A stretch of 64,000 nucleotides of DNA from NCBI GenBank assembly GCA_964389135.1, contig CAYMDA010000002.1, forward strand, positions 138,800 to 202,799. The letters run 5' to 3'. The notes under the pieces were generated by a model. It worked only from the letters and a program-made list of their open reading frames with translations, did no database searches and was not told where the DNA came from. Source of the stretch: an uncultured Verrucomicrobiota bacterium. GTDB taxonomy: Bacteria; Verrucomicrobiota; Verrucomicrobiia; Limisphaerales; CAIMTB01. Both the position numbers and the translations under genes were made by a program. How positions within the stretch are numbered: position 1 is the first letter of the stretch; each line of letters starts with the position of its first letter. Below are positions 9,665 through 19,166 of the stretch, piece by piece.

Positions 9665-10981
9665 TCAGCCCGGCGTGCCGTGGAAGTGGATGACCGCCGC
9701 GGCGAGGCCAAGGAAGACGAGGAACCCGAGCACGTCGGTGAGCGTCGTCACGAAGATGCTGGAGGCGAGCGCCGGGTCGATGTTGCAGCGGCGCAGTCCG
9801 AACGGCACGAGCACCCCGGCGAGGGCGCCGATGATCTGGTTGAGGAGCATGGCGCCGCCGCAGACGAGCCCGAGCAGCATGCTGCCCTTCCAGCCGAAGC
9901 TCACGAATCCGATCGCCACCCCGAGCACGAATCCGTTGACGGCGCCGATCAGGAACTCCTTGCGGAGCGCCCGGATGGCGTCTCCCGGCGTGATTTCGCC
10001 CAGCGCGAAGCCCCGGATGATGACCGTGAGGGCCTGGATGCCGGCATTTCCGCCGACGGCCGAGATCAGGGGAAGGAAGATCACGAGGGCCGTCCAGCGT
10101 GAGATGGTGTCCTCGAAGACGCTGATGACGGCGCCGGCGACGCCGGTGGTGAGGAGATTGATCCCGAGCCATGGAAGGCGCTTCGCGACGGACTGCCGCC
10201 ACGGGGTGAGCAGGCGTTCCTCGCCGGACATGCCGACCATGAGCTGCATGTCCTCGGTCGCCTCGGTCTGCACCACGTGGATGGCGTCGCGGATCCGCAC
10301 GACGCCGACGAGGCGGCCGAGTTCATCCACCACGGGAAAGCCGAGGAAGCTGGTGTGCTGCATCAGCCGCGCGATGACCTCCTGGTCGTCGGTGACGCGG
10401 AGGAACTGCACCTCCGTGTTCATGATGTCCCGGACGCGTCGCTCGCCGGAGGCGAAGACGAGTTCGCGGAGCGAGACGACCCCGACGAGGCGGCCCTCGT
10501 TGTCCGTGACGTAGATGTAGGACACGTCATCGCTGCGGCGCGCCGGTTCGTTCCGGACACGGGAGAGGCACTCATCGACGGATTCATCCGCCGGCACCGC
10601 GATGAAGCGGTTGTCCATGATGCCGCCCGCCGATTCCGGCGGATACCGGAGCAGCGCCGAGACGGCGGCGGCGCGGATGGGCGGCAGGGAATCCAGGACG
10701 AGCACCCGGCGCTCGGGCGGCAGCATGCCGATGATGTCCGCGGCGAGGTTCCGCGGGACCGATTCGATGGAGGCCGCCAGGTCGGCGTCCGGGAGCGTCT
10801 CGAGCAGGCGCACGGCGTCCTCGACCGCGAGCTCGACGACAACGGCGCCGCGCTGCGCGGGAGTCATCTCCATGAAGATGGGAACCGCCTCGTCGACCGG
10901 GAGTCGCTCGAGGTGATCGGCGAGAGCCGGTGGTTCGAGCTCGCGCCAGTCCATCTCGATGGAGCGTTCGTTCTCGTGCAT
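9665..10981 (-). CDS. mgtE: Magnesium transporter MgtE
   Basis: 438 aa from ATG 10981 (alternative 11032). It has an MgtE N-domain, a CBS pair (IMDNRFIAVPADESV, IMNTEVQFLRVTDDQ) and a C-terminal channel domain (FLPLISAVGGNAGIQALT). The upstream 480 codons of track ORF 9665-12424 are antisense shadow of the next gene. Confidence 0.9.
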   Translation of the reverse strand: MHENERSIEMDWRELEPPALADHLERLPVDEAVPIFMEMTPAQRGAVVVELAVEDAVRLLETLPDADLAASIESVPRNLAADIIGMLPPERRVLVLDSLPPIRAAAVSALLRYPPESAGGIMDNRFIAVPADESVDECLSRVRNEPARRSDDVSYIYVTDNEGRLVGVVSLRELVFASGERRVRDIMNTEVQFLRVTDDQEVIARLMQHTSFLGFPVVDELGRLVGVVRIRDAIHVVQTEATEDMQLMVGMSGEERLLTPWRQSVAKRLPWLGINLLTTGVAGAVISVFEDTISRWTALVIFLPLISAVGGNAGIQALTVIIRGFALGEITPGDAIRALRKEFLIGAVNGFVLGVAIGFVSFGWKGSMLLGLVCGGAMLLNQIIGALAGVLVPFGLRRCNIDPALASSIFVTTLTDVLGFLVFLGLAAAVIHFHGTPG

Positions 10982-11086
10982 TGTGCGCCCGTCACCATCG
11001 AGACGGCTCGGGGGCCGCGTTGCAAGCGTCATGCGATTCCGCGCTTTTCCCTCCCGAACGCTTCTGGTTACCTGCGGACGCTTCCC

Positions 11087-14014
11087 ATGAAATCCATGCA
11101 AAGTGTTTGGCGTCGTGCCCTGCTGGCGGGTCTGAACGGCTGCCTGCTGGGCGGCGCAATCGCGGCCCAGGCCGCGAACATCGCGCCGCTCGGCACGGGA
11201 ATCCTCGGCGTGAATGACGACATCGACAGCGATGCCGGAACGCCCCATGCCAATGCCGGGACCCCCGCCAACATCAACGACGGGAATCTCACGACCCGGG
11301 TCGACACGTGGTTCGGCGGCAACCCGGATCTCATGAGCTATGTCGGCATCGTGTGGCCCGCGACCCGGTACGACCTGATCGAATCCCTTACCGTCACCCT
11401 TGCGACGTTCGCGGACGGCGGCTGGTTCGGATCCAATGGCGTGACCCCGACCCCGGGCCAGCCGCTCGAGTCCGGCTACGATCTCGCGGAGCCCACCGTC
11501 CAGATCAGCACCGACGGAGGGCAGACATGGACCACGGTTTCGCACACGTCCGACTACTATGAGGTGCTCGATGGCCACCTCATCGGCGGCGGCGGCCAGC
11601 CGAATCCCACGTCGGCCACGATCACCTTCACGCTGGACGAGCCCGTGTCGGAGATCGATGGCATTCGCATCATCGGCACCAACGGCGGCCTCGCAGGCGC
11701 CGATAACAACGGCTTCCTCGGCGTCTTCGAGCTTCAGGTGGAGGCGGTCCCCGCCGCCGATACCGACAACGACGGCATGGCGGATGCGTGGGAGAACGCG
11801 TTCGGCCTGAACGTCGGGGAGAACGACGCGGACGACGACGCCGACGACGACGGGCTGACGAACCTCGAGGAGTTCCTGGCGCAGTCCGATCCCACCGACG
11901 CGGACACCGACGGCGACGGCATCGGCGACGCCGAGGAGGTGAAGGTCCACGGCACGAGCCCCATCCATGCCGACACCGACGGCGACGGGCTCGACGACGG
12001 CGAAGAAATCAATGAGCACCACACGGATCCCACGCGCGCGGACACCGACGGCGACGGCCTGAGCGATGGCGACGAGGTCAGCGTGCATCAGACCAACCCC
12101 CTGCGCCGTGACAGCGACGCCGACAGCTACTGGGACGGTGAAGAGGTCGCCCGGGGCACGGATCCCAACGACCCCGCCGATGTGCCCACCAACATCGCGC
12201 CGCTGGGAACCGGCATCATCGGGGTGAATGACGCCATCGACGGCGACGCGGGCGCACCCAGACCGCACGCGGGCGCGGCGTCGAACGTCAACGACGGGAA
12301 CCTCGGAAGCCGCAGTGACACATGGTGGGGTGACGGCGACACGGACCAGGGACAGATCTACAGCTTCGTCGGCGTCACATGGCAGGAGCCGGTGCGCGCG
12401 CCGGTGCGCAGCGTGACCGTCCACTTCGCCACGTTCCTCGACGGCGGCTGGTTCGGCGTCGCGGAGTCGTCGCCCGGCCCGGGCGGCGTGCTGACGCCGG
12501 AGTATCTGGTCGAGCCGACCGTCCAGATCTCAACCGACTCCGGAGTCACCTGGGAAACCGTCGCTCACACCTCCGACTATCTCACCGTCGCGGACGGGCA
12601 TGGCATCGGGGGCGGCGAGAATCCGAATCCCAGCACCTTTGTGGCCACGTTCATCCTGGAGGAGCCCGCTTCCGAGATCACGGGAATCCGGGTCATCGGC
12701 GAGAACGGCGGCATCGCGGGCGCAGACGGGAACGGCTTCCTCGGCGTCTTCGAGATCGAGGTCAATGTCGGCCTCGACGCCACCTCGGACACGGACGGCG
12801 ATGGCATGCTCGATTCGTGGGAGATCGAGCACGGCCTCAATGTCGGCGAGAACGACGCCAGTGAGGACCCCGACGAGGACGGCCTCATGAACATCCAGGA
12901 GTACGCCTCGGGCACGGATCCGAACGAGGCGGACACCGACGGCGACGGGCTGAGCGACGGGGTCGAGGTGATGGATTACGGGACGAGCGCCGTGCTCGCC
13001 GACACCGACGGCGACGGTCTCACCGACGCCGAGGAGATCAACGAGACCGAGACCGATCCGCTTGTCGCGGACACCGACGGCGATGGTCTCACCGACGGCG
13101 AGGAGGTCAACGATCATGGCACGAATCCGAACGCCGTTGACACCGATGGCGACGGCTTCTCGGACCTCCTCGAGATCCGCCTCGGCAGCAACCCGGCCCT
13201 CGTCTCGGACCAGCCCGCCAACATTGCCTCGCTCGGCCTCGGCATCTCGGGCGTGAGCGACGACGAGACGGGCACCGGCACGCTCGTCTTCAACGCCGGC
13301 GTGCGCGAGAACATCAATGACGGGAACCTCGCGACACGCGTGGACACCTTCAGTTCCGCGGGTACGCTCAGCTTCGTCGGGATCCTCTTCGACGAACCGC
13401 CCGCCGACCCGATCGTCGCGCTCGAACTGAGCCACGCGATCTTCTTCGACGGCGGCTGGTTCGGCTTCAGCGGTGTCGGACCCGGCACGGGCGGACAGCT
13501 CAGCGCGGCCGAGCACCTGGTCGAACCGTCCGTGCAGGTCTCGACCGACGGCGGCGTCACATGGGAGACCGTGCCGCACACCTCGAATTACCTCGAGGCG
13601 CTCGACGGCCATGGTCTGCCCGACGTCGACTTCGGGCCTCCCACTCTCGTGACGGCGCGCTTCGACCTTGATGAGCCGCAGACGGGGATCAACGGAATCC
13701 GGATCATCGGACCCGAGGGCGGCACGGCCTCCGGCGGATTCATCGGCATCTTCGAGCTGGCGGTCCTGCGTGAGGGCACGTCCGGCGGCGGCGGCGACGG
13801 TCCCACCGTCGTCGTGGAGAGGTCCGACGCGGGGATCACGGTGACGTGGAACAGCGTGTCCGGCACCTCCTACCGGCTCGAGCGGTCCGCGGACCTCAAG
13901 ACATGGGCGACGGCGCAGGACGACATCGACGCCGGCGCCGGATCCAGCACGTCGGTCACCGTCACCAATGAAGGCGAGGAAGCCGCGTTCTTCCGGATCG
14001 TGGTTCTTCCCTGA
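11087..14014 (+). CDS. Secreted 975-aa tri-modular protein: 3 x (discoidin/galactose-binding-like domain), two of them followed by thrombospondin type-3 Ca-binding repeats, plus a C-terminal beta-sandwich module
   Basis: ATG 11087, in frame with track ORF 10277-14014. The Sec signal is MKSMQSVWRRALLAGLNGCLLGGAIAAQA. The opening ANIAPLGTGILGVND...NINDGNLTTRVDTW recurs three times. There are about 12 DTDGDGxxDxxE repeats. The protein ends in YRLERSADLKTW...FFRIVVLP. Confidence 0.85.
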   Translation: MKSMQSVWRRALLAGLNGCLLGGAIAAQAANIAPLGTGILGVNDDIDSDAGTPHANAGTPANINDGNLTTRVDTWFGGNPDLMSYVGIVWPATRYDLIESLTVTLATFADGGWFGSNGVTPTPGQPLESGYDLAEPTVQISTDGGQTWTTVSHTSDYYEVLDGHLIGGGGQPNPTSATITFTLDEPVSEIDGIRIIGTNGGLAGADNNGFLGVFELQVEAVPAADTDNDGMADAWENAFGLNVGENDADDDADDDGLTNLEEFLAQSDPTDADTDGDGIGDAEEVKVHGTSPIHADTDGDGLDDGEEINEHHTDPTRADTDGDGLSDGDEVSVHQTNPLRRDSDADSYWDGEEVARGTDPNDPADVPTNIAPLGTGIIGVNDAIDGDAGAPRPHAGAASNVNDGNLGSRSDTWWGDGDTDQGQIYSFVGVTWQEPVRAPVRSVTVHFATFLDGGWFGVAESSPGPGGVLTPEYLVEPTVQISTDSGVTWETVAHTSDYLTVADGHGIGGGENPNPSTFVATFILEEPASEITGIRVIGENGGIAGADGNGFLGVFEIEVNVGLDATSDTDGDGMLDSWEIEHGLNVGENDASEDPDEDGLMNIQEYASGTDPNEADTDGDGLSDGVEVMDYGTSAVLADTDGDGLTDAEEINETETDPLVADTDGDGLTDGEEVNDHGTNPNAVDTDGDGFSDLLEIRLGSNPALVSDQPANIASLGLGISGVSDDETGTGTLVFNAGVRENINDGNLATRVDTFSSAGTLSFVGILFDEPPADPIVALELSHAIFFDGGWFGFSGVGPGTGGQLSAAEHLVEPSVQVSTDGGVTWETVPHTSNYLEALDGHGLPDVDFGPPTLVTARFDLDEPQTGINGIRIIGPEGGTASGGFIGIFELAVLREGTSGGGGDGPTVVVERSDAGITVTWNSVSGTSYRLERSADLKTWATAQDDIDAGAGSSTSVTVTNEGEEAAFFRIVVLP
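11174..13790 (+). repeat. Three tandem in-frame coding modules (starts 11174, 12188, 13217; period ~1.01-1.03 kb)
   Basis: Each module opens (A/T)NIA(P/S)LG.GI.GV.D, then N(I/V)NDGNL..R.DT(W/F), FADGGWFG/FLDGGWFG/FFDGGWFG, EP(T/S)VQ(I/V)STD.G.TW(T/E)TV.HTS(D/N)Y, and GIR(I/V)IG..GG...GF(L/I)G(V/I)FE(L/I). Modules 1 and 2 carry six TSP3-like repeats each; module 3 has none. Confidence 0.8.
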
Positions 14015-14038
14015 TCCCGCCGGCGCGTGAGCATGCTC

Positions 14039-14070
14039 GCCCGGGATCCGCCGCGTGGCGGGTCCCGGGC
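14039..14070 (+). terminator. GC-rich hairpin after the tri-modular gene (no U tract)
   Basis: gcccgggatccgcc-gcgt-ggcgggtcccgggc forms a 14-bp stem (one G-U pair) with a 4-nt loop. It begins 24 nt after TGA 14012-14014. Confidence 0.4.
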
Positions 14071-14158
14071 GATTCGCTGCAAGGGGGTCGCTCCTCCCGG
14101 CGGATTGAGGGCTTCCCCGCGGCACGCCTGCGGGTTACCGTCGCCGCTCCCTGTCCCG

Positions 14159-17100
14159 ATGCGTGATCGAGCCTTGAACCTATGCCGGATTGCGGCGCTT
14201 TCCGGCGCCTGCGTCGTCGCGACGTTCCCGCTGGGAGCCGAGGAGGATCCGTTCGCCGCGAACGTGCGGCCCACGGACCCTCTCACGGCGGAAGAGCAGC
14301 TTCAGACGTTCGACCTGCCCGAGGGCTTCGTCGTCCAGCTCGTCGCGAGCGAGCCCGACATCAACAAGCCCATGAACCTCGCCTTCGACGCGATCGGGCG
14401 TCTCTGGGTGACGACCAGCCGTGAATACCCCCGCCCGGCACCCCCCGACCGTCCGGGACGCGACCGCGTGGTGGTGTTCGAGGACTTCGGCCCGGACGGC
14501 AGGGCCCGCAAGGTCACGACGTTCGCGGACGGGCTCAACATTCCGATCGGGATATATCCATTCCGATCCCCGTCGTCCGCGGGTGGCGAGGCGATCACCT
14601 GGAAGGCGATCGTCTGGTCCATCCCCCACATCTGGCTGATGGAGGACGTGGACGGGGACGGGCGCGCGGACCGGCGTGAGCCGCTGTACGGACCGTTCGA
14701 TCACACGCGGGACACGCATGGAAACCAGGCGAGCTTCCGCCGCGGCTTCGACGGCTGGCTCTACGCCACCCACGGCTACAACAACGACTCGCACGTCGCC
14801 GGCCGTGATGGTCACCGCGTGCACATGAACTCGGGCAACACCTACCGCATCCGCATGGACGGGGGGCGCATCGAGCACTTCACGTGGGGCCAGGTCAACC
14901 CGTTCGGCATGGACTGGGATCCCCAGGGCAACCTCTACACGAGCGACTGCCACAGTGAACCCATCTACATGCTCCAGCCGGGCGGATACTATCCCAGCTT
15001 CGGCAAACCCCATGACGGTCTCGGCTTCGCGCCCAGCATGATGGAGCAGATCCGCGGCTCCACCGCCATCGACGGCCTGTCCTTCTACGCCGATGATCTC
15101 TGGCCGCCGGAGTATCACGACAACATCTTCATCGGCGACGTCATGACCAGCCGCGTGTACCGCGACGCGGCCATCCCGCGCGGCTCGGGCCGCATCGCGC
15201 AGCCGCGCCCGGATCTCGTCGCGAGCCGGGACCCGTGGTTTCGTCCCGTGGACACCCGCCTTGGGCCCGACGGCGCCCTGTACATCGCCGACTTCTACAA
15301 CCGGATCATCGGTCACTACGAGGTGCCCCTCGACCATCCCGGGCGCGACCGCGAGCGCGGGCGCATCTGGCGGGTTTTCCCCGGGCAGGCCCGGCTTCGC
15401 CCTCCCGCGATCGCCCAGGATCTCCCGGGCCTCGTGGAGGAGCTCGCCTCGCCGAACCTCCCGCGGCGCCTGCTCGCCATGAACGATCTCGCGGATCGTT
15501 TCGGATCCCGGGCTGCGGGTGCGGTGCGGCGTGCCCTCGAGTCCCCGAGGAATCCGGAGCAGCGGGTCCACCTGCTGTGGCTGCTCGAACGCATGGGCGA
15601 GCTGTCCGGCGCGGAGCTTCTCTCCGCGGGTGCCGCCGACGAATCGATCGTCCGCATCCATGCTCTGCGCATGGTCACGGAACGGGCCCGGCGCCTCGCC
15701 GTCACGAGCCGGAGCGGTGAGGCCCCCGACCTCGGGGCGGAGGTGCGCGCGTTGGCCGTCCGCGCGCTTCGCGATCCCGATCCGCAGGTTCGCCGCTGCG
15801 CGACGGAGGCCCTGGGGGCGCTTCCGGCGCTGTCGGACATGCCGCCCCTGCTGGCATTGCGGCACGCGGTGCCGCAAGACGACCGGCACCTCCTGTATGC
15901 GGTGCGCCAGTCCCTCCGCAATCACCTGCAGCGGGACGAGATCCTCCATGCCGTGCTGGAGAGGCGATGGAATCCGCGGGACCTCGCAGTGCTGCTCGAC
16001 GTGGTGCCCGCGGTCTCCTCCGAGCTGGCGGCGCGATTCCTCATGACGCACCTCGACGCGTACGCGACGGACCGGGAGCGCCTGGGGCAGGCGCTGCTGC
16101 ACATCGCGCGGCACGGCGGCCTCCCCGAGATCGGCCGGCTCGCGGAACTCGCGCTCGAGCGCGCGGGAGACGACGTCGATTTCCAGTTGTCGCTCTTCAA
16201 CGCGGTCCGGCAGGGACTCGGCGCCCGCGGGGTCGAGCCGACCCCCAAAGTCAGGGCGTGGGGCGCCCAGCTCGCGGAGCGCCTGCTCGCCTCCGCCCGC
16301 GCCTCGAATGCGTGGGCATGGGAACCGATCGAGGGGACGCCGGCCGGCGCGAACCCGTGGGATTTCCAGGAGCGTCCGTGCGCGGATGGCCGGCCTGCCA
16401 TCCTGCTCTCCAGCCATCCGCGCGGGGAGCGGCTCACGGGCGTGCTGCGATCGCCCGAGTTTCGGGCGCCCGCGGAACTGTCGTTCCACCTCGCCGGACA
16501 TGACGGGGTGCCGGGCCGGCCCGCACAGGGCCTCAACTTCACCCGCCTTGTGGATGCGGAAACGGGGGAGGTCCTGGCGACCGCACCGGTGCCGCGCAGC
16601 GACACGGCGGTGGAGGTGCGGTGGGATCTCGCCTCGCACAAGGGGCGTGCGGTTCGGTTTGAGGCGGTGGATGGAGATTACGGATCGGCGTTCGCGTGGC
16701 TCGCCGTCGGGCGGTTCGGCCCCGGGGCGCCGGAGTGGCCGGATGTCGCACCCGCCGCGGCGGTCTCCCGGCAGGTGGCCGCCGCGGCGATTGCGGAGTC
16801 GCTCGGGCTGGAGAACGTCCGGGACGCGCTGCGCGCGATCGCGCGCGATCGCGGCGCGGACCCCGCCGCGCGCGCGGCGGCGGCGCGTGCCGTCGATCCG
16901 GACCCGGAGACGCGCGCGGTGGCGGAGATCGTCTCGGACGCGGCGCAGCCGTTCGCATGGCGCGTGCTCCTTGCCGATGCAAGGTTCGCGGAGCGCGGCG
17001 CGGATTTCACGGAGCGCGTGTGGAAGGACGCGCCGTACCGATTCCAGGTGCGGTATGCGGGCGTCGCGGCGTCCAGCGCCGAGCGCACGCGTGAGCTGGT

Positions 17101-17734
17101 GCGGGACATGGCGGAAGGCCGGGTCCCGGCGGGCCTGCTGTACGATGCGCGCCTCCGCGAGAGCCTTCGCAGGGCGGCGGATCCGGAGGCGAGAAGGCAG
17201 ATTGCGGAGCTGGTGGATGCGTTGCCGGACGAGGACGAGGCCCTTGGCCGCGCGATCGAGGAGAGGCGGGAGGCGTTCGCCCGCGCCGCGGCGGATCCTG
17301 CGCGCGGCCGCGAGGTCTTCGCGGCGGCGTGCGCGTCGTGCCACCGCATCGGCACCGAGGGCGGCCTCGTCGGGCCGCAGCTCACCGGCATCGGGACCCG
17401 GGGCGTCGAGCGCCTCTGCGAGGACATTCTGGCTCCCAACCGGAATGTGGATCGCGCGTTCTGGACCACGGTGCTCAATCTGAAGGACGGCGAGACGGTC
17501 ACGGGCCTGTTCCGGCGCGAGGAGGGAGATCTTCTCGTGCTCGCGAACGCGGCTGGTCTCGAGTTCACGGTTCCCAGGGGAGAGGTTGCGTCCCGTGAGG
17601 AATCCCGGGTTTCGCTGATGCCCGCCAACTACGGCGAGGCGCTTCCGCCCGAGGATTTCAATCACCTGCTTGCCTTTCTGATGGAGCAGCAGGGCGCCGT
17701 TTCCGCGGACACGCGCGCCGACGCAAGCCGTTGA
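14159..17734 (+). CDS. PVC-type membrane-bound-dehydrogenase-like / HEAT-repeat / C-terminal cytochrome c protein
   Basis: 1191 aa from ATG 14159 (signal [27 protein letters not shown]). The N-terminal propeller-like region contains [25 protein letters not shown]-like repeats follow ([15 protein letters not shown]). The C-terminus has the heme motif [22 protein letters not shown]. Confidence 0.85.
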   Translation: MRDRALNLCRIAALSGACVVATFPLGAEEDPFAANVRPTDPLTAEEQLQTFDLPEGFVVQLVASEPDINKPMNLAFDAIGRLWVTTSREYPRPAPPDRPGRDRVVVFEDFGPDGRARKVTTFADGLNIPIGIYPFRSPSSAGGEAITWKAIVWSIPHIWLMEDVDGDGRADRREPLYGPFDHTRDTHGNQASFRRGFDGWLYATHGYNNDSHVAGRDGHRVHMNSGNTYRIRMDGGRIEHFTWGQVNPFGMDWDPQGNLYTSDCHSEPIYMLQPGGYYPSFGKPHDGLGFAPSMMEQIRGSTAIDGLSFYADDLWPPEYHDNIFIGDVMTSRVYRDAAIPRGSGRIAQPRPDLVASRDPWFRPVDTRLGPDGALYIADFYNRIIGHYEVPLDHPGRDRERGRIWRVFPGQARLRPPAIAQDLPGLVEELASPNLPRRLLAMNDLADRFGSRAAGAVRRALESPRNPEQRVHLLWLLERMGELSGAELLSAGAADESIVRIHALRMVTERARRLAVTSRSGEAPDLGAEVRALAVRALRDPDPQVRRCATEALGALPALSDMPPLLALRHAVPQDDRHLLYAVRQSLRNHLQRDEILHAVLERRWNPRDLAVLLDVVPAVSSELAARFLMTHLDAYATDRERLGQALLHIARHGGLPEIGRLAELALERAGDDVDFQLSLFNAVRQGLGARGVEPTPKVRAWGAQLAERLLASARASNAWAWEPIEGTPAGANPWDFQERPCADGRPAILLSSHPRGERLTGVLRSPEFRAPAELSFHLAGHDGVPGRPAQGLNFTRLVDAETGEVLATAPVPRSDTAVEVRWDLASHKGRAVRFEAVDGDYGSAFAWLAVGRFGPGAPEWPDVAPAAAVSRQVAAAAIAESLGLENVRDALRAIARDRGADPAARAAAARAVDPDPETRAVAEIVSDAAQPFAWRVLLADARFAERGADFTERVWKDAPYRFQVRYAGVAASSAERTRELVRDMAEGRVPAGLLYDARLRESLRRAADPEARRQIAELVDALPDEDEALGRAIEERREAFARAAADPARGREVFAAACASCHRIGTEGGLVGPQLTGIGTRGVERLCEDILAPNRNVDRAFWTTVLNLKDGETVTGLFRREEGDLLVLANAAGLEFTVPRGEVASREESRVSLMPANYGEALPPEDFNHLLAFLMEQQGAVSADTRADASR

Positions 17735-17825
17735 TCCTGCGTTTCCTGCGGCCGCGGACACGCCTGTGCGGCAGAACGCCGCGTGCGCGCGTCCGCCTTC
17801 TGGCCTAGGCTCCCCAAAAATTGCG

Positions 17826-18530
17826 ATGAAGTACCAACCAATCCATGGCCCCGCCCGGCAGAAGCCGCAGGCGGCTTTCACGCTGATTGAACTCCTTGTC
17901 GTGATCGCGATCATCGCGATTCTCGCGAGCATGCTCCTGCCCGCGCTCGGCAAGGCGAAGGAGCAGGGGCACCGGACCGTCTGCACGAACAATCAGAAGC
18001 AACTGATGCTGGCGAGCCATCTGTACACCAACGACAACGATGAGTGGCTCGCCCACAACAACTGGGATTTCCAGCCGTACCCGGGCTGGCTGTGCACGCC
18101 ACCCTTCACGAAGCCGGAAACCAACATTCAGACCGGGTTGTTCTGGACATACCTCACGGCCTACAAGGTGTACCGCTGCCCCCTTGACCGCACAAACACG
18201 GTCCTGTTCCGCCAGCGCGGTCAGAAGTACTCCAGCTACATCATGAACGGGTCCATCACGTCGTACGAGGTCCGGCGACAGACCTATCGCATCAGCCAGT
18301 TCAAGCCCGACGCGATCATCATGTGGCAGGCGTTCGAGGGGAACCCGGCCGATTACAACGACGGATCCAGCTCGCCCAATGAGGGCATCACGAGGCTGCA
18401 CAACGTGGGCACGACGGTCGGAGTGATCGACAGCCATGTCGAATACATCAAGGTCGCCGAGTTCAACCGCGAGGCGACGCTCCGGCCCGGGCGACTCTGG
18501 AACGTGCCTGACAGTCCGACCGGCGAATGA
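17826..18530 (+). CDS. Prepilin-type N-terminal cleavage/methylation domain protein (DUF1559, H-X9-DG-like)
   Basis: ATG 17826. The N-terminus is [30 protein letters not shown]. The C-terminal [17 protein letters not shown] resembles the H-X9-DG motif, here H-X9-DS. Confidence 0.85.
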   Translation: MKYQPIHGPARQKPQAAFTLIELLVVIAIIAILASMLLPALGKAKEQGHRTVCTNNQKQLMLASHLYTNDNDEWLAHNNWDFQPYPGWLCTPPFTKPETNIQTGLFWTYLTAYKVYRCPLDRTNTVLFRQRGQKYSSYIMNGSITSYEVRRQTYRISQFKPDAIIMWQAFEGNPADYNDGSSSPNEGITRLHNVGTTVGVIDSHVEYIKVAEFNREATLRPGRLWNVPDSPTGE

Positions 18531-18558
18531 AACCTCGCGAGCTCACCTTCCTGCCACG

Positions 18559-19005
18559 ATGAAACCCCTCTCTTCGATCGCCACCGCGCTTCTCGGCGCG
18601 GCCCTGATTGCCGCCGGAGGATGCGGCGGTGACGGCGGCACGGCCAGGCTTGACCCGGACGCGCTCGAATCGGTGTTCCAGGATGCGCCGGCGGAAGCGG
18701 CGCCGGTCGAGGCCGCGGAACAGAGCACGACGGACACGATCCGAATGGGCGAGATCGCCGCAAGCGAGGTTCCCGTGAAGCAGCTCGCCACGCAGGCCGC
18801 CGAGGCGATCCGCAGGGACGACGTGGCGGAGGCGATGGTGCTGCTGGAGAACCTGCGCCGCGCCCGCACGCTCTCCCCCCAGCAGCTCACGGCCGTTCAG
18901 GATCAGATGGCGGCCTTCCAGACCGAAATCGCCCGCCGCGCCGAGGCAGGCGACGTGAAGGCGCAGCAGGCCATGGAACTGATGCGCCAGAAGACGCGCT
19001 GGTAA
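18559..19005 (+). CDS. Small helical lipoprotein, function unknown
   Basis: ATG 18559 lies 28 nt after the previous stop. The lipobox-like signal is MKPLSSIATALLGAALIAAGGC. The remainder is Ala/Glu/Gln-rich and helical. I recognise no family. Confidence 0.55.
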   Translation: MKPLSSIATALLGAALIAAGGCGGDGGTARLDPDALESVFQDAPAEAAPVEAAEQSTTDTIRMGEIAASEVPVKQLATQAAEAIRRDDVAEAMVLLENLRRARTLSPQQLTAVQDQMAAFQTEIARRAEAGDVKAQQAMELMRQKTRW

Positions 19006-19023
19006 GCTGACGCACCGCTCTTT

Positions 19024-19072
19024 CGGGCCGCCCCCCCTGCGCGCATGAGGCGGTGTCCGGGGGGGCGGCCCG
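19024..19072 (+). terminator. Perfect 14-bp G+C hairpin after the lipoprotein gene
   Basis: cgggccgccccccc (19024-19037) pairs perfectly with gggggggcggcccg (19059-19072). The loop is 21 nt. It starts 18 nt after TAA 19003-19005. No U tract follows. Confidence 0.45.
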
Positions 19073-19166
19073 TCCGCCGCCCGCCCGGGAATGCCCGGTG
19101 GAAGGCGGCGGAAGCCCACGGTCCGCTTTCCATGCCGGGCGGACTGTGCTAGCTGTCGCGCTGTTG

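Noticed and set aside
10982-11086. Possible M-box (Mg2+) riboswitch upstream of mgtE.
   Set aside because: Only about 105 nt (or about 54 nt if the 11032 start is used) separate mgtE from the divergent gene. This is too short for an M-box, and I see no matching conserved helices.
10982-12424. N-terminal 480 codons of track ORF 9665-12424, which would make a 919-aa MgtE.
   Set aside because: MgtE homology begins at ATG 10981. The upstream part is antisense to the tri-modular secreted protein gene and is compositionally shadow-like.
11750-13200. Regularly spaced short DNA repeats (gacaccgacggcgacgg...) that could superficially suggest a CRISPR-like array.
   Set aside because: They are in-frame DTDGDG thrombospondin type-3 codons inside a continuous ORF, with variable spacing and degenerate repeat sequence. 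No cas genes are present.
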